Notes under the pieces: generated by a model
What the model was told of the DNA's origin: nothing
What the model saw: only the letters and a program-made list of their open reading frames with translations
The model's database searches: none
DNA from: Basidiobolus meristosporus CBS 931.73
Lineage: Eukaryota; Fungi; Basidiobolomycota
NCBI GenBank assembly: GCA_002104905.1
Contig: MCFE01000439.1
Span: 1 to 64,000, forward strand
Direction: 5' to 3'
Length of the DNA: 64,000 nt
Position numbers and translations under genes: made by a program
Shown: piece by piece, positions 9,536 to 20,664 of the stretch
Position numbering within the stretch: position 1 is the stretch's first letter
Layout: each line of letters begins with the position of its first letter

Positions 9536-12077
9536 ATGCCCGCAAGTGCAAATACTGCACCAAGAACCTATCCTACACATCCCAGCGAAAATATTCCCGA
9601 GTACGAAATCAAAAAGAGCCCCTTGCCCAATCACTCTAAATACCCCGTAAACTCAGCCTCTACCTACCCTTTGGCTTTTGGCTCATCTGGGGGTCTATCC
9701 TATTCTTCAGTTATGGAGCATAACTTTTCTCCCTTACAGAACCCAACAAACCCTGATTTCACTACCGATAAATCCATCTTGCCTTCACCTCCCGACTCCA
9801 GTCAGGATAATTTCGCTTCTGACTTCTCCAAATTGGATACCTTAGCTGCTGCTGCCGGTTCTATCTTGGTCTCGTTAGCGAATTTTGGCCAAACTACGCC
9901 AACAGCCCAACATTCTGAGCCCCACACCAAAGAGACAGTTTCTAACGCAGGCGCAGCTCGCGATGTCACTCAACATTCTGATAACCTTGCTGATCTCGCG
10001 GCTGCAGCAGTGTCATCTTTATCGGATCTAGCTACCCCACAACCTTCCCATTGGCATAAACATGTAATACATAGGTCTCAAGGATTCGGAATTTAAGATA
10101 GAGTCTCATCTTTCTTTCAGGCTCAGGAACAAGAACAACAAGAATCTCCCCCAGAGAGCGTTGGGCGTAATCGAGGAGGTTTTATGTCCATATCAGCTTT
10201 GTTAGGTATTGCTATGGTTATGCCGGTTATTGTAGAGCACTTTTTAACTCCTTTACCTATTAGACGAAGGCTCTTCGTACAAGGCAGAAAGTGGCCCTGG
10301 ATCATACAATTCATTGGTTAGTGTTGACATGGGGTTTGCCATTGTACATTCCATATTTATTCATTGATTTCTCAAAAGTTCCAAGGATCTGACGGGAACC
10401 GTTTTACGAGCAAAGCTGTGGACGATGTTAGTTAGATTCAAATGAATTACACGGCCATGTGACAGGCAACTTACTTTTCCACTGCAATATAGCAGGAAGA
10501 ACATCGTTCACCTTATGGCGGAGTCTCACCAAGCAAAAGATTGATATCCGAATCCGAGCTCTCTCCTAACAAAAGACACTCTCCATCCAAATCGGCCTAC
10601 AATCGCAACAATCTTGGTATTGGCAAACCAGCATTCGCCAACTTTTACGAATCTACTAACCTAGAATCTGTGCTTAGTCAATGACACAACGATAGTAAGC
10701 ACTACTAATGGATATCCCAACGCGACGGCTCTCGAAAAAAGTGTAAGCAGTCAAGTTGGATGGCGCTCATTGATTCGATTTCTTACGAGCAATATGGTTT
10801 AGATGTCATTGCCTCAATCAGACGGCACATACGCTAATTCCAATAGAAATCACAGTACTTATCAAGCACATGAGCCTGCTTTGAGTGTCCCAGAATATCG
10901 TGGATCGCAGGTATGTGAAGTATTGCGGAAAGCCTTCCCAAAAGTTCACTAGTAACCTTCACCGACACAGCCTTTCTACCAGCCGTTGAAGGCTGACGAA
11001 CCTAACGCCTTCTCAAAAAAATATCAATCTATGGTACGTTTAACCTGAGGGTGCTCTTGGATTTCTTACTTATACTCTAGTTTCTAGCAAGATCCCAAGG
11101 TCAAGCGGAATGCCACCCATGCCTATATAGCTTACATGATATACACAGACCGACTTCAGCCAAAGGTAAGGCCCATTAATAGCCAACACCAATAGACACG
11201 TCTAATCTAATGAGCTTAATAGGATGCTGACCTCAAAGCCAGTAAGTCGACAGCTAGTGGATCATCTGCAGATCTGACTCAGCCAACCAAGCCTACATTG
11301 GATCAGTATGGTCACCCCGGCCATTTACACAACCATCCTTACCCTTATACACATAACCATGGCCACTCCCAACACGCTCATACACACGTTCATCCTACAC
11401 ACAATCACCCACCACAACATAGCCACGCAACTCACCAGCACCATACTCACCAACACCAACGCCCTCATTCTCACCCCCATACCCACCAACACCAGCATCT
11501 TTACCATCACCATCACTCCCATGACCAACGTAGTCAGCCCTCGCAGGCCACCACTCAGCCCTACAATGGCAATCCGCAGGCTGATTCCAGGTTTTCCCGA
11601 AATCCGAGTAGATATGAGCCTCGTGATAGTACGGCTAGTACGTATTATCAGTCGTATGAGGTACCAAAGCTCAAAGATCTGGAAATAACTAGCTCTTTCT
11701 AACCATGACCATTCACATAGCGTTCATCTGGGCCACCATACACGCAATCGTCTGGACAAACTGCAGCCTCTCGCTCAACACCAACAGGTTTTCCTCTCGA
11801 CAGCAATTACGGATCCCCCTATCGCAGAGATAGCACCAGCTCCAGTACATATGCACCAGGGGCTTATTCCCAAACATCCAACACCCTGCCCTCAGCTTAC
11901 CCTTCTGACATGCGTTATTCGCAATCTGGGAGAAGCTACAATGCCCACTCTCCACAGATGTCTCCAAGAGCTCAAACGGATAGCAGATACACGCAGAAAA
12001 GTATGAATACGTCTCAATCCTGGCAACCAGACCCGTCGAATTATTCAGGCCAGGGTAGGCCGCCATACCGCACATGA
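9536..12077 (+). CDS. Multi-exon hypothetical low-complexity (S/P/H/Q-rich) protein, possibly a nuclear regulator
   Basis: About 10 exons can be joined in frame through GT-AG introns (for example 10064-10120), although one junction near 10745-10846 does not phase cleanly. It contains GGFMSISALL, QDPKVKRNATHAYIAYMIYTD and a His/Gln tract, and a last exon from about 11721 ending at TGA 12075-12077. Confidence 0.65.
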
Positions 12078-13218
12078 GTCACCACCTCTCCCAACGACGG
12101 CCGGCATTTTGGAAGAAAGCATAATCACAATCATCACAGTTGACTAGTCAAACTAATTATTTACCTTGCAAATACTCGCCTCCTGGTTCATTGAATCGAT
12201 CTTTTTTATTTCCAGAGAGGGAAGAGAGATGTGAGGGCACTTGGTAAACCGACCTTCTCATCCTCTAGTTGATATTTTCTACCCTATACATTCTATTCCC
12301 CCAACACGACCAGACTTATTCTTGTATATACTTTCTATAAAAATGGGAGCCATTGGCTTATGAATGAATGTCGATCGAGTTCTCAGTTGTTTTATGATTT
12401 CCTAAGTCTCCACTTTCCTTGCCCTGTCTTAACGGATGGGGGAAATCAGTGATAGGGCTCTAAGCAATCCTTTAACCTCACAAGACATGATTATAGACTC
12501 TCTATACCAGCTTTACAGGTTAAATTGTTATGAGAAGATTCAAATTCCAATAATCTTTTGACATAGATCGGAAGTGAAGTCTCTACTTCCCAGGAAACCG
12601 TACTGTACCACCAATGATGACTCAAGTTTGATGTAGAACTGATCGGATCAGAGGAAATAAAATGAATTATCATGCTTTCTCAGCTTTGATAAAGAACAGT
12701 CAGTTATCGTTGAAATCGGCAAGCCGTCGGATTCTTACCTGCAATTTATCCAGCACATTGAACTGGACAACCCATCAGAATCCCATTATTGAATACGTGT
12801 TGGCTAGCCTATCTAATACATCAATTAGCAGAAATTCTCTGATATACAAGTTGGCATCCGGAAAATCGTTAGAATGACTAGATATATGCGTTGTCACCAT
12901 CATTATTGTACACGCCGAATATAGTCGGAAAAGGCCCGCTGTTTAAAGAATAACAAAAAACCATTTGGCAAGATAGGAGTATTTGGTCATGTTACTACAG
13001 ATAGGTAAGTTCTTCCATTAGGTTACTGTGATCTAGGTCGTGACTAGTAGAATCGGGAAAAGGGGAAATGGTTATCCGAAGTCCTCTTCTTCCTGGAGTT
13101 GTATTCCTTCCCGCTTGAGTATTAACTTGGCAGTTACATTAATGAAACTACCAAGTTAAATTTAATGGGTTAGGGTAGTTATTATCAATTTGTTTTTATT
13201 TTATTCGCATAACAAGAA

Positions 13219-13290
13219 GCCTGCTTAGCGCAGTGGTAGCGCGTCAGTCTCGTAAACTGAAGGTCGCCGGTTCAATCCCGGCAGTAGGCA
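13219..13290 (+). tRNA. tRNA-Thr(CGT), copy 1
   Basis: Cloverleaf: acceptor GCCTGCT/AGTAGGC, D arm GCGC/GCGC, anticodon stem TCAGT/ACTGA with loop CTCGTAA, T arm GCCGG TTCAATC CCGGC. Confidence 0.95.
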
Positions 13291-13671
13291 TTCATTTACA
13301 GTTGTACCCTTCAACGAAAGGTTCCTCATAAGGGAATCTTTTGCATACAAAAAAGGCTCATTGATCCCCAAATAGCTGTGGAAAGATTTTTACATCACTT
13401 TACCACTTCGATGTATTCTCTACATGGCCACCAGTATGGGAATTATTTAGATACACCAACAAAAACCGTACCCTCATGGAATGGAAATCCCGTCAAACTC
13501 GAACATGTCTGGTGAAACGTAGGTATACTTTACTTTACTTTCAAATCATATCTCCAATACAATAACAGATGCTGATACCATATTTTAAGTAATCTAGGAT
13601 ATTGTTGCTGGCCTATACTTTCGAATCCTACTCTAATGTGCTCTTTGTTCATCAAGGTACTAACCTAGTAG

Positions 13672-14918
13672 TTAGGGGCAGGCTGGAGCATTCCAGGTAC
13701 CTGGGAGAGTGGCGAATCCTTGAGTCCAGTAGTTTCCTGGTTGTGCAAGTGCTGCTCCCATGTGGGTGAACGACGGATTGAGAATGTTGCGACGGTGTGC
13801 TATATGGATGGGAAATGGTCGTGTTAGTGATCACCATTCAACGCTTTCATGTCTCACTCATGCTCGTGCTCGTGCTCAACTCAAACCAACACAGTGCCCT
13901 GGAATGGAGTGGATCAGGTTTGCTCACTTGACCATCGGGATGGGATGGGATAGAGTGGGATAGGGTGGGATAGAATGGAGCGGAATGAGATGAATCTGAT
14001 TAGACTCAACCCAATCCATTCTCCCCTACTCCATCCAGTTATCCCCCAGTGTGGCCATTCATCCCCAATCTCATTCGGATATCTTTGACCGCGATCGTGA
14101 AAACCAGATCTGCATCGCATCCAGGACACTGCACCTCGATCGGCCTCGACTCAAGCCAGCTCACTCGGAGATTGGGCTCAACTTGGAACCCATCCAACCA
14201 TCCTAGCTAGTGAAATGCTCTACTTACGTGGTGAGTGCATCCAGACATTCATCACTACCTCTTCGGTTTGCTGGCCACGTGCCACATTCTCACCATACTG
14301 TGTCCACTTTAGTCCATGCTCATTGATGGCCTTGTCCATGGGCGAGTGGTCATATCTGTCATGGGTCATTCGGTTGTATTGGGCCTGCATGAGCGAGTGG
14401 CGGTGGCATACATCGTTCAGCTCACTAGTCGTTGAAACTTGGTTAGCATGGTGTTCATCCATCTTATCCGTGGCTACCCTATAAGAGAGCTGGAGGGAAG
14501 GGTGGTGGTGACAATCATGGTTGTCAATGCGAAGCGGTGAGAGGCAGAAGGCGACCACTGTATTTGCAGAGGTGACCGCGGCAGTTGATATGATGAAACT
14601 GTCGTTGTCAGGGCTAACTCCAACATCAACACCAACACACCAACACTTACACCAATGCGGACACACTACCTGCTCACCAAGCCTTGGCCATCTTTGAGTT
14701 CCTCACACCGCTCTATTAAGCAACCACCCATTCTCCTCCCCTCTTGATCTCTGCCATATGATGAAATCGCATCCACTCACTTGCTCAGCACCAGTGGGCG
14801 AAGTCCCTGATTGGCTCTCTCCTTGTTGACCAGACAGATGAGTCCTGGCTGGGGAGAAAGCTTGAGCGTAGGTGGCCAAAGCGAGAGCAGCAACAGAAAC
14901 GGAAAAGAAGCACTTCAT
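13672..14918 (-). pseudogene. CAP/SCP-domain secreted protein, left copy, with a +1 frameshift in exon 1 (pseudogene or assembly error)
   Basis: Near-identical to 21911-23177 but reads GCCAGGACTC where the right copy has GCCAGACTC (extra base at 14844-14845). After splicing the shifted frame meets TGA at the first codon of exon 2. Confidence 0.7.
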
Positions 14919-14960
14919 TTTGGTATTGATGGGAAAGCAGATATTAGATATCGAGTTGAT
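13672..14960. repeat. Left arm of about 1.3-kb inverted repeat (partner about 21869-23177)
   Basis: The reverse complement matches from the CAP stop codon to about 45 nt upstream of the ATG, including both long introns. Differences are mainly microsatellite length and scattered SNPs. Confidence 0.93.
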
Positions 14961-15868
14961 GGTGTATCTATTTCGTGCGCTGACAGTTATATAGGCTGGA
15001 CTCTAAAACGCAAGCACAGGAATGCAGAAGATCGTACCAACTATTTCTAGTCGACCTGCAAATTGGGATGCACGTAACACATTGTTGAATCTATGTTAGT
15101 TTTCGTAGGCAGATGGAGTGGCAAGCAGGTGAAAGTTGAATTGTTGTTTAAGTAACCTTCATACTCATAAGGCGTTTCAGTGAAGCACGCTTGTAAAAAC
15201 TCGTGCATCCACAAATACGTGCCCCTCAACAAGGCTTGAGATCTGGACACGACAATCTATATCCAGTGTAGGATCGTAACACAAAACTGGTTTGTTGTGT
15301 AACGCACAGGATCTGTCACAGTCCTTCTAAATACAGACTGACTACCATTCACATCTAAAAATAAGCATTCATGTGATACAATCAGGAATAAGTGGCCAAT
15401 ACTTATATAGCAAGCAAGGCTTTTTTTGTACAGGATTGATGATTGATTGGTTCGCCAGATGATAGGGTTTGGTAGATAATAGCTCAGGGATTCTTCAAAA
15501 CCAAGTTATTCACGAATCGCAACATGTAGAATATGATTGTTCTGAAGACTCAAGATTCGCCAAGACGAGTTCAATTTGATTGGTGTAATACTCCGGTGTG
15601 GAAATGAACTTACTGACATTACTTTCCGAAAAGGCCCAGTCGTGGCGTCATTGCGAGACAGACAAGCCCCAGGGTAATTATCAATCCTTTCGAGTAGTCC
15701 AAGGAAACCAAGTGACTGGGATGCTGCTGGATTCTACCAAATCAGCAACGAGAGAACTGGGTATTGAGATCGTGCGTGGGACCGTCCGAATTGGGAATCG
15801 CAGTTTTCGCAAACTTAATATAAACCAGCCCGTCGCTTACTTCAAATCACTATCACGAGTTGAAGAAA

Positions 15869-17079
15869 ATGGATGACAAGTATATTGGCCTGTGTTTGGC
15901 TGCTTCCTCCAGCGTATTGATAGGTGCCAGCTTTATCCTCACAAAGAAAGGACTCATCGCCTCCAGCAATGATGGTACTCTCTCTCTGTTTAAGGTCATG
16001 CAGCCCTGAAGATTTACTAAACCACTGAACGAATAGGACTTGCCAGAGGTGATTCTTATTCCTACCTGAGAAACTCTACCTGGTGGGCTGGAATGGCTAC
16101 AAGTAGGTGGCAATTATCCCCATAGCCTTTGAGGCCATATCTAACATTGATTTCCAGTGATACTGGGCGAGATCACCAACTTCGCTGCTTATTCTTTCGC
16201 GCCTGCCATTCTTGTAACACCTTTAGGTGCCTTAAGCGTGCTGATAAGGTAATTAAATGTCAGCGTGGTACTCATGTGAATCGGATTGCTAACATCTCTT
16301 TAGCGCTGTGCTAGCTTCCTGGTTCTTACACGAGCGGCTCAGTTCATGTGGCAAGGCTGGGTGTGCTTTGTGCTTAGTGGGTTCTATAATCATCGTTTTG
16401 CACTCACCTGAAGATAAAGAAATCGTTTCAGTGGATCAAATTCTACAGCTCGCACTTCAGCCAGGTATATAGAAGCCAGTATTCCTTGACCGTATTCAAA
16501 ACTAACCGAAGATATCTAGCTTCCCTGGGATACTGTTCACTAGTGCTAGCAGTGACTATATTCCTGATTTACCGACTGGCACCCAAGTACGGGAAGAGCA
16601 ACCCTTTAGTTTACCTTACAATATGTTCCCTAGTGGGATCAGTGAGTGTAATGGCAGTCAAGGCCTTTGGTATTGCGCTGAAGCTGACCATTGAGGGCTC
16701 GAATCAATTTACCCACCCATCAGTGTATGTCTTCATAGGAGTAGTTGTAGTCTCGGTATTGACGCAGATGAACTACTTCAACAAGGCATTGGATATCTTC
16801 TCGACAAACATTGTGACGCCTATATATTACGTGTTCTTCACTACAGCCACCATCGTGGCATCGGCGATTCTATTCCAGGGATTCAACGAAACCAACCCCG
16901 CCAACCTTGCATCACTCTTTTGCGGCTTCTTCACAATCTTTATCGGAGTATTCCTGTTGAATTACAAGGAGGGTGGCTGTGTGCCTGACAGGTTACCTGT
17001 GCATACAGTGGATGACAAACTGAGCTTATCCACCTTGCGAATTCTCAGCTCTTCCGACAGCGAGGATGAGGCTTATTGA
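15869..17079 (+). CDS. NIPA-family (DUF803) magnesium transporter, 5 exons
   Basis: [90 protein letters not shown]. Confidence 0.93.
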
Positions 17080-17278
17080 GGTTCATCTCATCAACCCAAG
17101 CTGGATTTGTAACATAGCTAATTCACCATGCACATCTTGATTATACTACAATCTGACGAACTAGAATACACTGCATTTCATAATAAAATGATTTCCGTAA
17201 TACACGAATTCTCGCAGCCTGGAGAATGGTAGTGATGGATACGTGCGGTTTATTTAATATCCACATAAATAGGTTAGA

Positions 17279-17844
17279 TTAACGAGATTTACGTAAGAGA
17301 CTAGCAAGGATTGCCCCACCGACAGCAATAGCAGTTCCAACAATCCCAATCCCAATGATTCCCTCTGGAAGAAAAGGTTTGGTTAAATAGGCGCGTCTGT
17401 TGCAAAACCGTATCTCCACCTTACCTTTGGCTATCTGGCTATCAATGGTTTCGCTCAATTCCTGAGCTTGACGATTGCCAGGTTGTGAGTCAAGCAGAGT
17501 TCGCACAAATCGGCGAGCCTCAGTATAGTTTCCTTGCTTGTAGTAGCCAATGCTTAAATAATACAGACATTCTATCCGTCTGGAAGGCTCGGTATTGTAT
17601 ATCTCACCAAGAAGGTGCGTTCCTTCTAACTGTTGGCCATGCTTACGGGATTTTATTAGTCCCCAAGCAAAGTTGAATTTCTTTTGGACGGAGGTTGCAT
17701 CTTGCTCGTACTGTTTGCGTAATAGCTACAGGAGGGGAAAGTTAGTAAACCTGCTGAAGGAGCATTTGACATTCATAATCAGACGTTTAATTCGGCAGTG
17801 GAAAGTGGCACTTCTGCTTCTAGTAAGGTAGGTAGCTTGGACAT
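17279..17844 (-). CDS. FIS1: Mitochondrial fission protein Fis1, 3 exons
   Basis: MSKLPTLLEAEVPLS, KFNFAWGLIKS, RRIECLYYLSIGYYKQGNYTEARRF (TPR), C-terminal anchor GIIGIGIVGTAIAVGGAILASLLRKSR. Confidence 0.93.
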
Positions 17845-18122
17845 GGTCAGGTTAGCTTTGATTACGATGTAGACTGTGACTAGAGTGGGGACTTTAATCG
17901 TGATTGCCAATTTTATATCCCTATTCTGGAGCCCCCTTTATTCACTGGATGATTCCTCGTCAGAATTGAACCTCAAATTGTCCCACCAGAAGTGATTTCG
18001 GAGTTCATTACCAACGCTAAAAAATCGCCGCTGTAAAAAAAAATAAAAAAAACCCAGTTAACACTGGATTTGCCAGTGGTTCTAACATTGCAGTCTCCCT
18101 CTGTTTACCTCCAACATACATC

Positions 18123-19071
18123 ATGGCCTCCCCATTGGATCCCAAACAGGTAGACGAGCTATGCAGCATATCGTATCGTAGAAGCCAATCATTAATCGCT
18201 CCGACACTTTGTTCCTAGACCTTGAAGGCAACCACCGCCCTTCTTAAACATGTATCGGAAACCAACGAGAAGAATCAAACCGAACTTCTCCAAGACGATG
18301 AACCTGTGTGGTTAGTCATTACTACCAAACGCTTCACTGAGAAGAGCAACATCAAACCCACAAAGATGTAAGTCGCTGCGAGCAAAGCACTGTAGAATAG
18401 TCCGCTAAACATACCACTTGTACAACAGTCCACTTCGACATCCTTTTTTGAATCAGGGAGTAGATATTTGCTTGTTTACCAAGGATCCTCAGAAAGAATA
18501 CAAGCAACTTTTGGAGAAAAAAAACATCAAGCAGATATCCAAGGTACAATATACTGAGCAGCAGAGTAGCCTTGTATCAAGACTAATTCGGAACCTTGTT
18601 TGAATGTAGGTGATTGGAATCTCCAAGCTTAGAGCCAAGTACAAGACCTACGAGGCCAAGCGCACTCTTTGTCAATCCTATGGGCTTTTCCTTGCTGACG
18701 CCCGTATCATTCCCATGCTTCCCAAATTGATCGGTAAAAAGTTTTTCGAGCGCAAGAAGCAGCCAGTTCCCATCAACCTTACATCAGGAAACCTTGAAAA
18801 GGAACTTCAAAGCATTCTGCACTCTACATACATGTTCAAGCCTAGCGGTACATGTATGTCTATCAAAATTGGCGTAAGCTCACAATCGGGTAGCCAAATA
18901 GCTGAAAATATAGAACATGCGATCAATCATATCGTTGAAAGAATCCCTAAAAAATGGAAGAACATTCAAAGCTTACATATCAAAACCACTGCATCAGTAT
19001 CCTTGCCTATCTTTAACTCTCTTCCAGATGAAGTTAGTTCAATTCAGATCAGGCCGGTTAAATCTGAGTAG
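18123..19071 (+). CDS. Ribosomal L1-domain ribosome biogenesis protein (RSL1D1/Cic1/Utp30 family), 4 exons
   Basis: IPLRHPF, DICLFTKDPQ, VIGISKLRAKYKTYEAKRTLCQSYGLFLADARIIPMLPKLIGKKFF, LHIKTTASVSLPIF. Confidence 0.9.
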
Positions 19072-19204
19072 TGTCCATTCCTGTTATTGTTCAATCGCTG
19101 TAATACTACTCGTTTCTTTTAGTATTAATAAATATAGAATCACGACCTATGAGGCTTTGCCATACATAATATCGTGTTTGGTTGACGATTAGTTCGTTGT
19201 TGGA

Positions 19205-19460
19205 TGTTCGATGTGAATGTGTTGAAACTTTTCCATCATGATTCGGTTCATCTAAAGAGAAACCCCGTCAGAGAAGGGGACATAGGAGTTGTGGGTGGCT
19301 TGTTTATAAGAATACGATGAGGCTCCTCTCGCTTCCTCTGTCTTTTACCTACCCATTGATACTGTATTCTTGAATTCATATTTATGGTGTGGTTTTTATG
19401 CTAGTTGGCACAACATGGAATTTAAGATTTGTTCCCGATTGATTTCAGTTATTTTGGTAA
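19205..19460 (+). pseudogene. Degenerate paralogue fragment of the membrane-protein ORF at 19587-20090 (inverted)
   Basis: 19331-19396 encodes ASSVFYLPIDTVFLNSYLWCGF against ASSIFYLLIYTRFLNSYLLSGF on the minus strand at 20081-20016. Flanking similarity includes cgtcagagaaggg; the fragment carries stops and a frameshift. Confidence 0.5.
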
Positions 19461-19500
19461 GTGTTTGGTTAATATCATGTGACACCTCACAGTAAACAAG

Positions 19501-19572
19501 GCCTGCTTAGCGCAGTGGTAGCGCGTCAGTCTCGTAAACTGAAGGTCGCCGGTTCAATCCCGGCAGTAGGCA
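19501..19572 (+). tRNA. tRNA-Thr(CGT), copy 2
   Basis: Identical to 13219-13290; T5 terminator immediately downstream. Confidence 0.95.
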
Positions 19573-19586
19573 CTTTTTACAGTCCG

Positions 19587-20090
19587 CTATAGCGAAGGGT
19601 CCTTTTTGTTGTGAGGAAATCTTGAACAAATAATTAATTTATTAATTTTATTATTGATTAAGAACATTGTTTTATTTCCAAAATGCCTACTCCTCATGAG
19701 GGTATAATAATAATACTGGACGAGAGCATACTGACAATTAGAGCATATATATGGTGGTGGCGCTAAAGCATATAAACTGAATATTTGGCAAAGCAGAGTC
19801 AAAGGGGTATTTAGGTAATCGACAAGCGTGTAAAAAGCGATAATAGATTTTGAAATAATGTCACGAGGGCTCATCATAGTGGTATTAAAGATCACAGCAA
19901 AGCCAAAAATGACATATGCAATGATCATATGGAGGACGATCCGAAATAATGCTATATTAGTATCTAGATAAGGGTACAGTATTGTGCAAAAATAGCATTG
20001 CCTCACAGCTAGCAAAAAGCCACTCAGCAGATAGGAATTCAGAAATCTGGTATAAATGAGCAAGTAAAAAATAGAGGAAGCGCGAGAAAC
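19587..20090 (-). CDS. Putative multi-pass membrane protein (exon or relic), family not recognised
   Basis: Stop-free hydrophobic frame of more than 158 aa in AT-rich DNA, a possible acceptor (TTAAC...ACACAG) near 20095, and codon-level similarity to the inverted fragment at 19331-19396. Confidence 0.4.
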   Translation of the reverse strand, partial: VSRASSIFYLLIYTRFLNSYLLSGFLLAVRQCYFCTILYPYLDTNIALFRIVLHMIIAYVIFGFAVIFNTTMMSPRDIISKSIIAFYTLVDYLNTPLTLLCQIFSLYALAPPPYICSNCQYALVQYYYYTLMRSRHFGNKTMFLINNKINKLIICSRFPHNKKDPSL

Positions 20091-20256
20091 CCTACTGTGT
20101 TTTTGTTAATAAGAAACCCGTGACTTCCATCGATCCCTTCTCTGACGAGTTTTCCCTTGAGAAGAGCCGAAATACGACAGCGGTAGTGGCAACAAAACTA
20201 CGAAATCAAACTCTCCGGTTCGATCAAAGGATAGCGCTAAGACAAGCGCCGCAAAA

Positions 20257-20664
20257 TTGATGAGCAGCACCTACGTAACTCCAGAGGAAACTTTTAGTTT
20301 CATCAAGGGCAACTGCTCGAGAGATATTACAACTTTTCCCTTCAAAATCGCAGGTGAATTCTTGCTTAACCAATGTAGCTGGAGTGGTGGCTCGTATGAC
20401 CAGTATCGAGAACGGCATCAAGAATACGGTTGTGTATTGCTGGCTAATGCTGCTCGGTCTAGATTGTGCAAAAAAGATGTAAATTTTGATAATGCATGTA
20501 GCTTTTTTTATGAAAAAAATATTCCGTTTTGTGCTGACTTCGAGGATTTCAACTTTATGGTTAGATTTACAGGTAGAAGCGTGAATGGTCATAGTCCAAG
20601 CACTTCTGTAGGAAAAGTGACACTGTTGCTTCTTGCCTTTTTTGCTTCTTCGTCATTTTTATAA
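20257..20664 (+). CDS. Possible Cys-containing protein with GPI-signal-like C-terminus (no signal peptide found)
   Basis: Frame open from 20161 to 20664, six Cys, ending NGHSPSTSVGKVTLLLLAFFASSSFL. It overlaps an antisense 122-aa ORF, so the coding strand is uncertain. Confidence 0.25.
   Translation: MMSSTYVTPEETFSFIKGNCSRDITTFPFKIAGEFLLNQCSWSGGSYDQYRERHQEYGCVLLANAARSRLCKKDVNFDNACSFFYEKNIPFCADFEDFNFMVRFTGRSVNGHSPSTSVGKVTLLLLAFFASSSFL

Noticed and set aside
11713-12075. 120-aa Cys-rich minus-strand ORF
   Set aside because: It is the antisense shadow of the last exon of the plus-strand gene 9536-12077.
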